Origin: Bacteroidota bacterium
GTDB taxonomy: Bacteria > Bacteroidota > Bacteroidia > Cytophagales > Cyclobacteriaceae
Direction of reading: 5' to 3'
Assembly: GCA_018267195.1 (NCBI GenBank)
Contig: JAFDYY010000003.1
Location: 46,686 to 110,685, forward strand
Length of the DNA: 64,000 nt
Part shown: positions 17,998 to 27,491 of the stretch, piece by piece
Position numbering within the stretch: position 1 is the first letter of the stretch
Layout of the letters: each line of letters opens with the position of its first letter
Position numbers and translations under genes: made by a program
Notes under the pieces: generated by a model
The model's database searches: none
The model's input: only the letters and a program-made list of their open reading frames with translations
What the model was told of the DNA's origin: nothing

Positions 17998-18447
17998 ATG
18001 ACAACTGAACGAAGAAAGGCTTTTTTAATGATGGGGATTACATTTATAACCGGTATTATTATTGGTGTATTGGCTACAGGCTTTTTTGCCCGCCAACATT
18101 ACCACTCTGAAAAAGAGGGAAGCAGAGAATCATACAAACATGGCAAGTGGTCGTTTAGCGAAAAAATATTTTATGTGGTCGATGCCGACTCCGCCCAGCA
18201 AAAACAGATGAAGCCCATTATAGAAGAAACCACCACTAAAATAGACCGGCTTCAAAATGAAGGCATGAAATATGTGCGCTCCGTTATGGACTCCATGGTG
18301 CAAAAACTCAATCCTATTTTAAAGCCGGAACAACAAAAAGATCTTTATGAGTATATGACCCGCCACGACCGCCACAGAAGCAGCGATGGAGGGAATAAAA
18401 GTAAAGAGGATAAAAGCCAGAAAGAAGATCGCCACGAAAAAGAATAA
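17998..18447 (+). CDS. Membrane-anchored Spy/CpxP-like (LTxxQ-type) periplasmic protein
   Basis: N-terminal TM helix (FLMMGITFITGIIIGVLATGFF), helical K/E/Q-rich body with ILKPEQQKDL, and a basic His/Lys tail. It is the third gene of the ECF module. Confidence 0.5.
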   Translation: MTTERRKAFLMMGITFITGIIIGVLATGFFARQHYHSEKEGSRESYKHGKWSFSEKIFYVVDADSAQQKQMKPIIEETTTKIDRLQNEGMKYVRSVMDSMVQKLNPILKPEQQKDLYEYMTRHDRHRSSDGGNKSKEDKSQKEDRHEKE

Positions 18448-18547
18448 AGGAATGGTCCTCTATATCCATACAGGGGTATTGTAATATTTCTTCCGTGTAA
18501 ACTCTATTTCTGAAATCTTTCCGTTTAATTTCGCGCCAGCGAAAAAA

Positions 18548-19825
18548 ATGGAAACCTACCAGGAAGCCATCCGGTACTTATATGAAAGCTTGCCCATGTT
18601 TCAGCACGTGGGGGCGGCAGCTTATAAAAAAGATATTACAAACACCTTATTGTTAAGCGAAGCGGCCGGTAACCCCCACAAACTTTTTAAAAGCATTCAT
18701 GTGGCGGGCACCAATGGCAAAGGAAGTTCTTCGCACATGCTCGCTGCCACGTTGCAGGCAGCCGGCTACAAAACCGGTCTCTATACTTCACCCCACCTGA
18801 AAGAATTTACCGAACGCATAAAAATTAATGGAAAAGAAATTTTACCTGAGTATGTAGTTTCATTTCTAAAAAAAATGAGACCACACATAGACCGGATCAA
18901 ACCTTCTTTTTTTGAAACAACCGTGGTAATGGCATTCGATTTTTTTGCCCGCGAAAAAGTAGATGTAGCAGTTATTGAAGTGGGCTTAGGGGGCAGGCTC
19001 GACTCCACCAACATTATTACGCCCGAGGTTTCCCTTATTACCAACATCAGTTGGGATCACATGGATTTATTGGGCGATACTTTACAAAAGATAGCGCAGG
19101 AAAAAGCCGGAATTGTTAAGCCGCTTATCCCGACTATTATTAGCGAACGCCAGCCCGAAGTACAATCTGTTTTTGAAAACATAGCCCACGAAACAAACAG
19201 CCCTCTTTTTTTTGCTACGGATGAATGGGCCATCCACTCGGTAGGGGGCGGGCACTTTGAAGTGAGACATAAGGATTTTATGGCCACCTACGAACTGGAA
19301 CTGAAAGGAAATTACCAAATTAAAAATCTGGCCGGAGTGTTGGCAACATTAGAGGTAATTCGCACGAAAGGTTTTTTAATTTCAGATCAGGCTGTGGCCA
19401 ACGGACTGAAAAACACTATACAACTTACCGGGCTGAAGGGACGTTGGCAAATACTTGGCCATAAGCCATTGGTTGTGTGCGACACCGCACATAATGAATC
19501 GGGAGTAAGCGAGGTATGGCTGCAGATAAAAGAACAGAAAAAAAAACAATTGCACATGGTGTGGGGCATGGTGCGCGATAAGGACATCAGCCGGGTGCTG
19601 GCGTTGTTACCCACCCGGGCACATTATTATTTTTGCCAGGCTAAAATACCACGCGCTCTTCCGGCTGCCCAGTTGAGAGATCAGGCAGCCGTGTTCGGTT
19701 TAATAGGCGAGGTGGTGGAGGATGTAAATGAAGCTATTGCGCAAGCCAAAAGTAAAGCCCAAACAGACGATATGGTTTTTATCGGAGGAAGCACTTTTGT
19801 AGTGGCTGAAATTAAAGACTTGTAA
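18548..19825 (+). CDS. folC: Bifunctional folylpolyglutamate synthase / dihydrofolate synthase
   Basis: Mur-ligase P-loop HVAGTNGKGS, with overall FolC length and layout. Confidence 0.9.
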   Translation: METYQEAIRYLYESLPMFQHVGAAAYKKDITNTLLLSEAAGNPHKLFKSIHVAGTNGKGSSSHMLAATLQAAGYKTGLYTSPHLKEFTERIKINGKEILPEYVVSFLKKMRPHIDRIKPSFFETTVVMAFDFFAREKVDVAVIEVGLGGRLDSTNIITPEVSLITNISWDHMDLLGDTLQKIAQEKAGIVKPLIPTIISERQPEVQSVFENIAHETNSPLFFATDEWAIHSVGGGHFEVRHKDFMATYELELKGNYQIKNLAGVLATLEVIRTKGFLISDQAVANGLKNTIQLTGLKGRWQILGHKPLVVCDTAHNESGVSEVWLQIKEQKKKQLHMVWGMVRDKDISRVLALLPTRAHYYFCQAKIPRALPAAQLRDQAAVFGLIGEVVEDVNEAIAQAKSKAQTDDMVFIGGSTFVVAEIKDL

Positions 19826-19833
19826 TTGAACGA

Positions 19834-20493
19834 ATGAAAAGCAAACTGAAACGTTTTGAAATTAACGCCTCACGGGAAAATGTTATTGAGCCCGGCAAAG
19901 AAATTTATTTTGAAATAAAAGGAAACTGGAATAAAACGTATTTTAAAAATACCCATCCGCTTACCATTGAGCTGGCGTGCGGACGGGGAGAGTACTCTGT
20001 TGGGATGGCCCGAACATTTCCCGATCAGAATTTTGTGGGGGTTGATGTGAAGGGCGACCGCCTGTGGAAGGGCAGCACCTGGGCTTTTGAAGAAGGACTG
20101 AAAAACGTAGGCTTTCTCCGCACTCAAATAGTACACATCGAAAGTTTTTTTGAAGAAAATGAAGCCGATCAAATCTGGCTTACCTTTCCGGATCCGCGCC
20201 CGCGCAAACGCGATATTAAGCGAAGGCTTACCAGTCCTCGTTTCTTAGATATGTTTAAGAAAATACTGAAGGCCGAAGGCTGGTTCCGTTTTAAAACCGA
20301 CAACACCGGCTTGTTTAACTATACGCTGGAAGAAATTAACCAGCGTTCTGACATCCGCGATGTCGCCTTTACGTTTGATTTGTATAACTCCGACCTCCGG
20401 GCTGAGTGCTATGATATTCAGACCCGCTACGAAGCAATTTTTACCGCAGCTGGAGAAAAAATTAAATACCTGAAATTCCGCTTTTCAAAATAA
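19834..20493 (+). CDS. trmB: tRNA (guanine46-N7)-methyltransferase
   Basis: Motifs IELACGRGEYSVGMA, NFVGVDVKG and LTFPDPRPRKR, typical of TrmB. Confidence 0.9.
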   Translation: MKSKLKRFEINASRENVIEPGKEIYFEIKGNWNKTYFKNTHPLTIELACGRGEYSVGMARTFPDQNFVGVDVKGDRLWKGSTWAFEEGLKNVGFLRTQIVHIESFFEENEADQIWLTFPDPRPRKRDIKRRLTSPRFLDMFKKILKAEGWFRFKTDNTGLFNYTLEEINQRSDIRDVAFTFDLYNSDLRAECYDIQTRYEAIFTAAGEKIKYLKFRFSK

Positions 20494-20505
20494 CTTTTTG
20501 AAAAC

Positions 20506-22962
20506 TTACAAAATCAGGCTAAAGGTAATGCGCCAGAAAAGATTATCGGATGGATTAACAAATTGATAAGGGCCATAGCGATAAAAAAGGGCTCCGCCAA
20601 AACCCCAATAACCGATGTGTGCATAGTTGTAGCGAACAATGTTGTTCAGACCCAGTCCGGATTCTATAAATCCCTTATCAAAACTTTTTAACGGCAAACC
20701 CAAGTGTGCCGATTGGTTTTCTAATGCACCAAGCCCCGTGTTGTGGTAGAGCACCAACTCCGGCTTAGAATATTTTTTGTTGAGCAAGATGTTGCCGAAA
20801 TTATGCTGTAAAAAAACAGAAGCATACTGCGACACCGTAAACTCATATAGGCCCATCGTCTGAAAATAATCGTCCACCAAAAAACTAGTGTTGCCCGCTC
20901 CACGGCCGTTGTATAATTTTCCGTACGGAGCCAAGCCGCGGATATACCCGGCCGCCAAAAAGAAACGGGTGTGGCTGCCATTGCGGTGTGTCAATAATTG
21001 TTTAGCCGAAAAATCGAACCGGGCGTAATTAAAATTCTGAGCATCCCACAGCGAAGCGGCCTGGGCAAAAGAAAAAGTGAATACCGGAAATTGCTGCCCT
21101 ATAAAAATTTTCTTCCCGTTCAGCCTCAGATAGCTTTCGTTGCGTACGTACCGAAGAGCAATGCCGGTTTCGGCAAGGGTAAATGAATTGATAGACTCGT
21201 TATGAAAGAGCAAATGATACGTGTAAGTAGGATGGATTTGGTTTCTTGATACGAACAGGGTGGCGTGCACATCCGGAAGAATAAGATAGCCTAATTCAGC
21301 TTTCTGAAATTCGATGCGGTCGTATTGGTAAGCAATCCAGTTTCTAAAACTTTGCGAGCCGAGCAGCTGCCCCTCGCTGGTAAAATGCGAAGAGCCGGTT
21401 TCGTAGATGTCGTTAGCGTAGGATAGCTTTAAAAAAAAACTTTTGTTCAAGTTAAAATTAAATTGCGCCTCGCCTCCGTATTTCCAACGCTCATCGCGAA
21501 AACCATATCCCGCATAGCCACCCAGCCTCACCCATTTAGAAAAACGGTTACTGGTATAAAGCCCGGCACCCAATCGGTGCGATTCATATCTATTGATTTT
21601 AAGCAAACGATTCAAATCTAATTCAATAAGCCCGAGCGGTGCAGTTTGTGTAACTAACATTTCAAGTCCTTTATCCAGCCAGCGCACTTTGCGCAGGGTG
21701 CTATCCAGCAGGGTATAGGTTCGGTGCTCTTTTGTGTCGAGGCTGTCGTTGCGGAAACGAGCTAGCGCTACTTTATTTTCTTTATCCGGAGGAAGGGTAA
21801 GGTCTAATTTTAAATCGCCAAAGTCATGATGTTTAAGGTTGGGATTAATTTTTATTTCTTTTAAAAAACTGCGTTGGCGCATGAGCATTTTGCGCGAGGC
21901 AAAAGCATATTCCTTTAACGTAAGGTCGGTATTGAGTTGTGTGGGAAACCAATGCCCATCGGTCTTTTCATAATTTTGCTGGATGCGGATATCTATTTTG
22001 GCAAGCGAATCGGCCGAGGCGGCAATTACATTTTTTATGGCCCAGCCATCGGTGCTGATCGAAAGCATTCCCTTTAGTCCATTAAAAAATGTTTTAGGTT
22101 TAGGCTGATAACGGATAATGTAAACGGTGTCTTGCCCGGAGTAGGTGGTATCAGACAGTTGAAACTGATAGCGGCTAAATGTTCCTTTGGTTACGGGGTT
22201 TACAAAATCCCGGTCGATTAAGAAAATAGGATCCTGATAAAATGAAATGGGCTGATAGTTATTTGCCAGGCTGGTGAAGAGCGGGCTTTTAAAGCCCGAT
22301 ACTTGCAGGCCGAGCAATTTTTCTTTTTCCTGACCCGGATTGATTACTTTTTTTTCGGTGGCCGATTCGCTGATAAAAAAATGAGTGGTTTGAAGCAGGC
22401 TGTCGAAACTGAGCAGATCTTTTTGGTGGTTATTCAATTTCATGGTGTCGGGTCGGGCACGCAATGCCCGAACGGTGGAGTCCATTTTTTTTGAGGGCGC
22501 GCTCATAGTCACCACAAATTTGTTGTATGAAATGTATTGGTACGATTTCAGGTTGCGCGGATCGTTATCCTTTTTATGAGCAATAGCCTGCCGAATGATA
22601 CGGAATGCCGGATTTTCTCCTTTTGTTCCGGTTATGATAAGTTCGGCCAGCGAGGTAGAAGAAGGTATAAGCAGCCGGGTAGGGTTGCTCTGTAACTGTA
22701 TAAAAGAAAGCGTTCGGCTTTTATAACTGATATGCGAAATAGTAATCACACCTGAATACCCGGACGGAACAAATAAGGTGTAACTTCCTTCGATGTCGGT
22801 CGTGCTGCCGCTGCGCCCATCGTCTAGCGTGAGGTTGGCAAACGCTACCGGCTGGCGGCTGATGCTGTCAATGATTTTCCCTTTAATGACCGACTGACCC
22901 AATACATTAATACAAGCGAGGAAGAACACGGAAAAAATAAATATTTTTTTTATCCGATCCAT
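20506..22962 (-). CDS. Carboxypeptidase-regulatory-like domain plus DUF5686-type outer-membrane protein
   Basis: A signal peptide and a CarboxypepD_reg-like N-domain (IKGKIIDSISRQPVAFANLTL...GSTTDIEGSYTL) precede a long beta-rich C-terminal region. Confidence 0.7.
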   Translation of the reverse strand: MDRIKKIFIFSVFFLACINVLGQSVIKGKIIDSISRQPVAFANLTLDDGRSGSTTDIEGSYTLFVPSGYSGVITISHISYKSRTLSFIQLQSNPTRLLIPSSTSLAELIITGTKGENPAFRIIRQAIAHKKDNDPRNLKSYQYISYNKFVVTMSAPSKKMDSTVRALRARPDTMKLNNHQKDLLSFDSLLQTTHFFISESATEKKVINPGQEKEKLLGLQVSGFKSPLFTSLANNYQPISFYQDPIFLIDRDFVNPVTKGTFSRYQFQLSDTTYSGQDTVYIIRYQPKPKTFFNGLKGMLSISTDGWAIKNVIAASADSLAKIDIRIQQNYEKTDGHWFPTQLNTDLTLKEYAFASRKMLMRQRSFLKEIKINPNLKHHDFGDLKLDLTLPPDKENKVALARFRNDSLDTKEHRTYTLLDSTLRKVRWLDKGLEMLVTQTAPLGLIELDLNRLLKINRYESHRLGAGLYTSNRFSKWVRLGGYAGYGFRDERWKYGGEAQFNFNLNKSFFLKLSYANDIYETGSSHFTSEGQLLGSQSFRNWIAYQYDRIEFQKAELGYLILPDVHATLFVSRNQIHPTYTYHLLFHNESINSFTLAETGIALRYVRNESYLRLNGKKIFIGQQFPVFTFSFAQAASLWDAQNFNYARFDFSAKQLLTHRNGSHTRFFLAAGYIRGLAPYGKLYNGRGAGNTSFLVDDYFQTMGLYEFTVSQYASVFLQHNFGNILLNKKYSKPELVLYHNTGLGALENQSAHLGLPLKSFDKGFIESGLGLNNIVRYNYAHIGYWGFGGALFYRYGPYQFVNPSDNLFWRITFSLIL

Positions 22963-22989
22963 TCCTTTTTTAAAGAGTTGGTAAAAAAC

Positions 22990-25806
22990 CTACAGCACAA
23001 TGTTTACGATCTTCCCCGGAACAATGATTACTTTTTTAGGGGTTTTTCCTTCGCTCCATTTTTGCATGGCTTCGGAGGCGAGTACTTGTTTTTCTATTTC
23101 TTCTTTAGGTACATCGAGCGCAAAGTTCATTTTGGCCCGCACTTTTCCGTTAATGGAAATGGGATATTCAAATGAAGTTTCCGTTAAATAACTCTCATCA
23201 AATTTTGGAAAGCTGGCATAGAGTACCGATTTATTGTGGCCCAGTTTTTCCCATAGTTCGTCTGTAATGTGGGGGGCAAACGGAGCCAGCACAATAGTGA
23301 GCGGCTCCAGAATTTTTCGTTTGCTGCATTTTAACGAAGAGAGTTCGTTCACACAGATCATAAATTCACTCACCGAGGTGTTGAAAGAATAATGATCAAC
23401 ATCGTACCCTACTTTTTTAATTACTTTATGCAGGGCTTTCAGTTCTTCGCGTGTGGGCTCGGCATCGCTTATGTTTACCTGGCCGTTGGCATCGTGAAAC
23501 AAATTCCAGAAACGCCTTAAAAATTTATACACCCCATCTATGCCGCTGGTGCTCCAGGGCTTGGAGGCTTCCAGCGGGCCGAGGAACATTTCGTAAAGGC
23601 GCAGGGTGTCGGCACCATAGGCATCGATTACATCATCTGGGTTAACCACATTAAAGTATGACTTGCTCATTTTTTCAATGGCCGTGCCGCATACATACTT
23701 TCCATCTTCTTCCAAGATGAATTCCGCATTTGCAAAATCGGGTTTCCATTTTTTGAAGGCTTCGGTATCCAGTTCTACTCCGTTCACTATGTTTACATCT
23801 ACATGGAGTTCATCGTACCGGCCATCGTAGCGATTAAGCAACCCCAAGGATATAAATTGATTGGTTCCGCGCAGGCGATAAACAAACCTGGAGTCGCCCG
23901 TAATTTTTCCCTGGTTAATTAATTTTTTAAATGGCTCATCGAAGTTTAAGTAGCCCAGATCGTGCAGGATTTTTACCCACAGGCGCGAGTAAAGCAAGTG
24001 AGCCACGGCATGTTCTGATCCGCCAATATACACGTCCACCTGGTTCCAGTAGTCGAGCGCTTTTCGGCTGGCAAATTCGTTTGCGTTGTGCGGATCCATG
24101 TAGCGTAAAAAATACCAGGCTGCACCGGCATGGGTGGGCATGGTGTTGCTGTCTCGTTTCGCCTCTTGCGTAAAATGAATCCAGTCGCTCAGATTCGCCA
24201 GCGGCCCTTCCCCGTTGCCGGACGATTTAAAATTGTCGGTATCGGGCAGCACCAACGGCAGGTCTTTGTCGCTTAGGGCATACGGCATATCATTTTGGTA
24301 CACCACCGGAAAAGGCTCGCCCCAATAGCGCTGGCGGCTCCAGCCGGCATCGCGCATTTTATAATTCACTTTTCGATGGCCTATTTTCTTTTTTTCAATT
24401 TCATCAATGGCCACATCTATTGCCCGGTGCATCACCAATCCATTGAGGAAGCCCGAGTTTTCAAGGATGGCATCTTGGGTAGGGTTGGCCTCCTTGCCAT
24501 TGAAATGGGCACCGATAATATTGGTGATGGGGATGTTGAAATGATTGGCAAATTTAAAATCGCGTTCATCGCCACAGGGCACGGCCATAATGGCGCCTGT
24601 GCCATAGCCGGCCAGCACGTATTCGCTGATCCACACCGGTATTTTCTTTTTGTTGAAAGGATTGATGGCGTAGGCTCCGGTAAAAGCCCCCGTAATTTTT
24701 TTTACTTCCGCCATGCGCTCTACTTCCGAGCGGCTCTCTACATATTTTAAATAATTGTCGACCTCGTTTTTCTGATTTTTTGTAGTGATAGATTGAACGA
24801 GGTCATGCTCCGGTGCCAGCACCATAAAATCAACTCCGAAAATAGTATCGGGGCGTGTGGTGAAGACACGAATTTGGGGCTCACGGGTTGCGTCTTTCAT
24901 TAACGGGGGGACGGCAAGACTAAATTCTACTTCAGCACCTATACTTTTTCCAATCCAGTTGCGCTGGATTTCTTTCATGGAATCGCTGAAGTCTATCTGT
25001 TCCAATCCTTTCAGAAGCCGGTCGGCATATTCGGTAATACGCAGATTCCATTGGCGCATTTGTTTTTTTATTACCGGAAATCCTCCGCGGTAGCTTACGC
25101 CATTAATCACTTCGTCATTGGCCAGCACGGTGCCCAGTGCTTCGCACCAGTTTACATCGGTATAAGCCAAGTAAGCCAGGCGGTATTGCATCAAAATTTC
25201 TTGTCGTTTTTTTTGAGGGAATGATTTCCACTCGGCTGCGGAGAATTGTGGTGTTTCAAACTTAGGATTGGGTACAGGGTGTTCGGCATTTCCGGCTACT
25301 TCAAATGTGCGGGTCAGTGTAACGATGCGCTCGGCTTGGTTTGTTTTCCGGTTAAACCAACTATCGAAGATTTGGAGGAAGATCCACTGTGTCCATTTAT
25401 AGTAGGCTGGGTCGCACGTTTGTACTTCACGGCTCCAGTCGTAGCAGAAGCCGATTTTGCCGAGTTGCTTTTTAAAATTCTGAATATTGTCTTGGGTAGA
25501 TTTTGCCGGATGCACACCATGCTCAATAGCATATTGTTCGGCCGGGAGGCCGAAGGCATCAAACCCCATCGGGTGCAGTACGTTAAACCCCTTCAGGCGT
25601 TTATAACGAGCCACTATGTCTGAGGCGATATAGCCCAGCGGGTGCCCTACATGCAATCCCGCACCGGAAGGGTAGGGGAACATATCCAGCACATAGTATT
25701 TAGGTTTATCCGATTCGTTGGATACTTTATAGACCTGATCTTTTTCCCATTTTTCGCGCCACTTGTTTTCAATATGCTTGATCTCTTCTTTGCTGTAATC
25801 GGCCAT
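22990..25806 (-). CDS. leuS: Leucine--tRNA ligase
   Basis: HIGH motif (GLHVGHPLGY) and KMSKS (IEKMSKS). The ATG at 25804-25806 (MADYSKEE...) is preferred over the track's TTG at 25812. Confidence 0.95.
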   Translation of the reverse strand: MADYSKEEIKHIENKWREKWEKDQVYKVSNESDKPKYYVLDMFPYPSGAGLHVGHPLGYIASDIVARYKRLKGFNVLHPMGFDAFGLPAEQYAIEHGVHPAKSTQDNIQNFKKQLGKIGFCYDWSREVQTCDPAYYKWTQWIFLQIFDSWFNRKTNQAERIVTLTRTFEVAGNAEHPVPNPKFETPQFSAAEWKSFPQKKRQEILMQYRLAYLAYTDVNWCEALGTVLANDEVINGVSYRGGFPVIKKQMRQWNLRITEYADRLLKGLEQIDFSDSMKEIQRNWIGKSIGAEVEFSLAVPPLMKDATREPQIRVFTTRPDTIFGVDFMVLAPEHDLVQSITTKNQKNEVDNYLKYVESRSEVERMAEVKKITGAFTGAYAINPFNKKKIPVWISEYVLAGYGTGAIMAVPCGDERDFKFANHFNIPITNIIGAHFNGKEANPTQDAILENSGFLNGLVMHRAIDVAIDEIEKKKIGHRKVNYKMRDAGWSRQRYWGEPFPVVYQNDMPYALSDKDLPLVLPDTDNFKSSGNGEGPLANLSDWIHFTQEAKRDSNTMPTHAGAAWYFLRYMDPHNANEFASRKALDYWNQVDVYIGGSEHAVAHLLYSRLWVKILHDLGYLNFDEPFKKLINQGKITGDSRFVYRLRGTNQFISLGLLNRYDGRYDELHVDVNIVNGVELDTEAFKKWKPDFANAEFILEEDGKYVCGTAIEKMSKSYFNVVNPDDVIDAYGADTLRLYEMFLGPLEASKPWSTSGIDGVYKFLRRFWNLFHDANGQVNISDAEPTREELKALHKVIKKVGYDVDHYSFNTSVSEFMICVNELSSLKCSKRKILEPLTIVLAPFAPHITDELWEKLGHNKSVLYASFPKFDESYLTETSFEYPISINGKVRAKMNFALDVPKEEIEKQVLASEAMQKWSEGKTPKKVIIVPGKIVNIVL

Positions 25807-25884
25807 AACCAAAAAATATAAACAGTTGTAAACTGCAAAAGTAGCCTAAAGTGGCGATTTGAGAGAAGAATGATTTTTTAAAAT

Positions 25885-27129
25885 TTAATCTTCTTTTTTG
25901 TAAAGATCTTCGTAGGTAAGGCTGGTGGCTGGAGTCGGTTTACTTTTTACCAACTTAAGCTGCATGGCCAGCGCCCAGGCCAGCATCATAAAAATGATAA
26001 TGTAACCGGTACCAAAAATGACCGGGTTATAAGTGGAGAAACCTTCGTACACAAAAATATCGTACGAGAATAAGATCAACCCGAGAATGATGGAAAGCGT
26101 AAGTAACCCCGAGCCGGTTCGCTCATTTACCCACGCACGGATTACGATGAAGCCCACATACAGCAGAAGGGTGCCAGAGGTAACAAGATAAACCGCAAGC
26201 CCCTGCGTAAAGGTGAAGGGCTCTGTAGTAAGTGTGAAAACCGCAAAAGCAAAATTGGCCAAAATTAATCCATACTTAATCATCAGGTTGGTTTCATTAT
26301 GAAAGATATTCCCCACAAAAAGAATAGCCCACGACATGGTGAGGTAGAGAGTAAGGTACTCAATGCGAATGGTGGCAATCCAACTGAATTCCGGATAGAA
26401 AGTGCCGAAGAGATAATTATTAGAGAAGGCCGACCGTACCGACCAACTGATACACAACAACGCAAAGTACAAAACCGCTGATTTTTTACGAGATACAAAA
26501 AAAATGAACAGATAAAATAAACCCGTTAGCATTAACACTGAAGTTTCAATTAAGTTGCTGACAATGCGTACCTGGGTGCGCCAGTTCATCTGGCCGACCG
26601 ACCCCAGAAAGATCATTTCTTTTATGCCGGATTTATGATGATAGAAGTTGGCAATCTGCACTACTAACTGCAGGGTATCGCTGGTAACTTTAAAAGATAC
26701 AGTATGGGGAAGCCATTGGGGCGTTGTTTCTTCTTTTGATAACCCCACCTTACCGTTTGTGGAAATTAATTTATTGTTCGCATAGAGCCGATAAGCATTA
26801 TACATTTCCGGAACAAACAGCGATAGGCTGTCGGCAACATGAGCCGGGAGCAATACACGGATGAGGTATGTGCCCAGATCAGCCGGCTTGCCATTTTCTT
26901 TTTTATCCCATAACCCAGGAAAATGCACAACACTAAAAGGTTGGCCGGCCAGTTCGTTGGCAGCCAAAATACGCCCTTCATAAAAATGAGCAGGCCCACT
27001 CACCTGAAAGGGAGAGTGGTTAATAGTCCAGCCGGAAGCGTCAATCAGAGTAATAGAAGACTCATTGGTTTGGGCGCAGCAAAAACCAACCACACCAAGA
27101 AACAAAGTCAGGAGATGTAATCGTATCAA
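25885..27129 (-). CDS. 7TMR-DISM-type receptor (extracellular DISMED2-like domain plus 7 TM helices) without an output domain
   Basis: A signal peptide and a ~180-aa extracellular domain are followed by seven hydrophobic helices and only a ~30-aa cytoplasmic tail. The only plausible start is TTG at 27127-27129. Confidence 0.65.
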   Translation of the reverse strand: MIRLHLLTLFLGVVGFCCAQTNESSITLIDASGWTINHSPFQVSGPAHFYEGRILAANELAGQPFSVVHFPGLWDKKENGKPADLGTYLIRVLLPAHVADSLSLFVPEMYNAYRLYANNKLISTNGKVGLSKEETTPQWLPHTVSFKVTSDTLQLVVQIANFYHHKSGIKEMIFLGSVGQMNWRTQVRIVSNLIETSVLMLTGLFYLFIFFVSRKKSAVLYFALLCISWSVRSAFSNNYLFGTFYPEFSWIATIRIEYLTLYLTMSWAILFVGNIFHNETNLMIKYGLILANFAFAVFTLTTEPFTFTQGLAVYLVTSGTLLLYVGFIVIRAWVNERTGSGLLTLSIILGLILFSYDIFVYEGFSTYNPVIFGTGYIIIFMMLAWALAMQLKLVKSKPTPATSLTYEDLYKKED

Positions 27130-27424
27130 TTTTCAGTTGTTTACTTTCGTTCATCATTATTTTGCCAAGCCAACGAATACAAAAATGATAATTTATTTGG
27201 AAAGGGGCATGATAACGGCCACTATGTTTTACGGTAAGCAGATTTAAGATTTATAAAAGACATTGATCTAAAGGCAATTAACATACGGCCTGGCTGCCAA
27301 GCTATGGGTTCTTGTGAGAGGAGGGATCAGGCAAAAAACACGAACGGTATGCTTCAGATGATGGGGGCAAGCCGCCTCGAAGCTGATAAAAAAGAAATAA
27401 AATATTGCGTGTGGAAAAAATAAA

Positions 27425-27455
27425 TTTGAAAAAATGCCGGTGAGATGTAGATTTG
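27425..27455 (+). promoter_or_regulatory. Bacteroidetes sigmaA-type promoter for the act/cox respiratory cluster
   Basis: TTTG (27425-27428), a 19-nt spacer, then TAGATTTG (27448-27455). This is an exact match to the -33 TTTG / -7 TAnnTTTG consensus. The implied TSS is downstream of the track's TTG start at 27453, which supports the ATG at 27492. Confidence 0.5.
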
Positions 27456-27491
27456 TGCGGTTCTAAAAAGCGGATGCCTAAACATACCAAG

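Noticed and set aside
24295-24750. 151-aa plus-strand ORF, and similar ORFs at 25246..25623, 11685..12038, 52073..52489, 13645..14007 and 33832..34212
   Set aside because: All lie antisense within well-supported conserved genes (leuS, thiolase, trpB, the VWA gene, actD/actE). They have no family signature and odd composition, so they are treated as shadow ORFs.
27453-27491. TTG-initiated extension of actA (MCGSKKRMPKHTK...)
   Set aside because: The TTG lies inside the consensus -7 promoter box (27448-27455). The ATG at 27492 starts a normal signal peptide.
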